Source: a virus
Lineage: Duplodnaviria; Caudoviricetes
Reading direction: 5' to 3' (one strand)
Virus record (IMG/VR): IMGVR_UViG_3300032097_000001
Location: 1 to 35,181 of that record
DNA length: 35,181 bases
Below are positions 34,027 to 35,181 of this stretch, in pieces. The notes under the pieces are model-generated. The model was not told where the DNA came from and did not search any database. It worked only from the letters and a program-made list of their open reading frames with translations. The translations under genes were made by a program, and so were the position numbers. The number at the start of each line of letters is the position of its first letter. Position 1 is the first letter of the stretch.

Positions 34027-34186
34027 GCGCTTTAAGACTTTAAAGTTCTCTTTTGCGCTAGCCGGCGTGCCGCAAAGTCGTTTCTATATGGAAAACAACT
34101 ACTTATGTCTAAGGTTAAAGCAGATACGGAAGGTGAAAGCGAGGTTTCAACTTGCTCTATAGAACTTGAAACCAGCTTTAAAGCGC
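34001..34186. promoter_or_regulatory. Putative repressor/Ner operator array
   Basis: CTYTAWAG quasi-palindromic cores at 34004, 34038, 34155 and 34176. The first lies in the Pe spacer within a 14/16 palindrome. Confidence 0.55.
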
Positions 34187-34605
34187 GCATGGAGCTGTGC
34201 GCGCGGCGAGTGGGTAGCGTTTCAGCGCTTGCCAGGAAGGCTGGAATCTCTCAGGGAGGCATTCGCCGGTACGGCTCTGGCGGCGAGCCCACGCGGCCGC
34301 ACCTGCTCGCCTTGGCGGACGCTGCAGGCGTGTCGCTTTCCTGGCTTGCCACCGGACAGGGCGATCCCGACCAGGGCGCAGAGGTACGCATTCAAAGGGT
34401 TTCGGAGCCCGCAGAGGTGGGCCTGGATCTGCTGGAGAGCGTGACGCGCGCCGCGTTCGAGGAGCTGCAACGGCGCGGCCTGCGCCTGGAGCCTGCCGGA
34501 CAGGCCCGTCTGGTGCGCGTGCTGTACCGCCACTTCGCCAGCAAGGGAGAGCAGCCAGACCACGACACGGTAAGCAATATCATAGACTTAGCCGCATACA
34601 GGTAG
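34105..34605 (+). CDS. Phage repressor (XRE-type HTH, no S24 peptidase domain)
   Basis: Divergent from ner; SVSALARKAGISQGGIRRY...EPTRPHLLALADAAGVSLSWLATGQG. Confidence 0.88.
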   Translation: MSKVKADTEGESEVSTCSIELETSFKARMELCARRVGSVSALARKAGISQGGIRRYGSGGEPTRPHLLALADAAGVSLSWLATGQGDPDQGAEVRIQRVSEPAEVGLDLLESVTRAAFEELQRRGLRLEPAGQARLVRVLYRHFASKGEQPDHDTVSNIIDLAAYR

Positions 34606-34624
34606 CGGCAGCGCGGGGGAATTC

Positions 34625-35152
34625 ATGACAGACGAGGTAACAAAGGAGATCCAAGACATACTGGACCAGGGACAGGCCAGGCAGGACGACCGGGGTGGCT
34701 CAATCAACATCACGGTGGGCGACATCACGGGCGACAACAACACGGTCATCATCGGCGACCATCCGCGCCGGCGGCGGGAAGATAGGGAGGATGGCGACGG
34801 CAGCCACGGCCGGCGCGCCAGCGATCGCGCCCTCCACCAGGAGCTGCGCTCACTGCGCCGCCAGGTGCGCACCCTTAAACAGCTGGTAACCCACCTTTAT
34901 GCGCGGTGTTCCGTAAACGCTGTTAAACGCCCTGAATGCGCCGTCGCGCCTTGTCGCACTTCTAGCGGCACAACTGACGCTCACCAGGTCAATGTCTCAA
35001 ACTATCACCCGCCCGCATGCGCCGACCGGCAAGCTGCTGAATCCCGCGCCATGCGTGGCTTCCGCTCACATCAACCCACGCCAACCCACATTAACCCGGG
35101 TATCTCATTCCTTCTGGCCCCTAACACCCGGATCGTCCCGGCATGGGCGTGA
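34625..35152 (+). CDS. Hypothetical protein downstream of the repressor; frame stays open through the phage end
   Basis: gggga RBS; first ~90 codons look protein-like (INITVGDITGDNNTVIIGD, short coiled coil). The stop at 35150-35152 lies outside the inferred terminus. Confidence 0.55.
   Translation: MTDEVTKEIQDILDQGQARQDDRGGSINITVGDITGDNNTVIIGDHPRRRREDREDGDGSHGRRASDRALHQELRSLRRQVRTLKQLVTHLYARCSVNAVKRPECAVAPCRTSSGTTDAHQVNVSNYHPPACADRQAAESRAMRGFRSHQPTPTHINPGISFLLAPNTRIVPAWA
34952..35126. repeat. Phage left-type end (attL-like) with putative transposase-binding sites
   Basis: Ends ...cccctaACA at 35126. TRTCNCA motifs at 35101-35107, 34993-34999 and 34952-34958, with the first site set ~100 bp apart from the others as in Mu L1 versus L2/L3. 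Confidence 0.68.
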
Positions 35153-35181
35153 ATTAATGCGTGGGTGATGGCGAGACCCAA

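Larger units (their letters stand above)
54..35126 (-). mobile_element. Complete Mu-like transposable phage/prophage carrying a DGR
   Basis: MuA DDE transposase, MuB ATPase, Ner, Mor and Mu-type head/tail genes in Mu synteny. TG...CA termini align ungapped at 18/31 positions when read inward. Confidence 0.93.

Noticed and set aside
2916-35126. Second DGR target/VR elsewhere in the genome
   Set aside because: No further TR-like sequence or lectin-type C-terminus was seen by eye. A BLASTN of TR against the window would settle it.
1-35181. tRNA, rRNA, CRISPR array, integrase/att core, gin invertase, mom
   Set aside because: None was recognisable; integration is explained by MuA/MuB transposition.
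1-35181. Host assignment (GC-rich, acidic proteins hinting at a halophilic gammaproteobacterium)
   Set aside because: Impression only. It cannot be supported without a database search of the proteins or flanks.

Overview
The window is an apparently complete Mu-like transposable (myo)phage genome of about 35.07 kb, running from TGT at 54 to ACA at 35126, with about 53-55 bp of non-matching flank on each side. It is shown in reverse of the usual Mu orientation. From right to left on the minus strand the order is: repressor/ner switch, MuA/MuB transposition genes, semi-essential region with gemA, Mor/C-type activator, lysis, head, contractile tail and baseplate. Where Mu carries its invertible G segment, gin, com and mom, this phage carries a complete diversity-generating retroelement (DGR): an Mtd-like C-type-lectin target with a C-terminal VR, then avd, TR, a structured spacer and a YMDD reverse transcriptase. 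TR and VR align over 128 bp with 10 mismatches, all at TR adenines, which is the signature of mutagenic retrohoming. Other sequence-level signals: a GRNA-loop homing hairpin inside the avd coding sequence; a tail fibre split into anchor, adaptor and lectin tip; an antisense membrane moron flanked by a 9-bp direct repeat; a P2-type -1 frameshift; a candidate central gyrase site; two matched late promoters; a G9 tract in a methyltransferase inserted between the terminase genes; helically phased TTAA clusters every ~4-6 kb; and an ORF reading out across the phage end into flanking DNA. All family calls come from motif recognition and synteny by eye; no database search was run.
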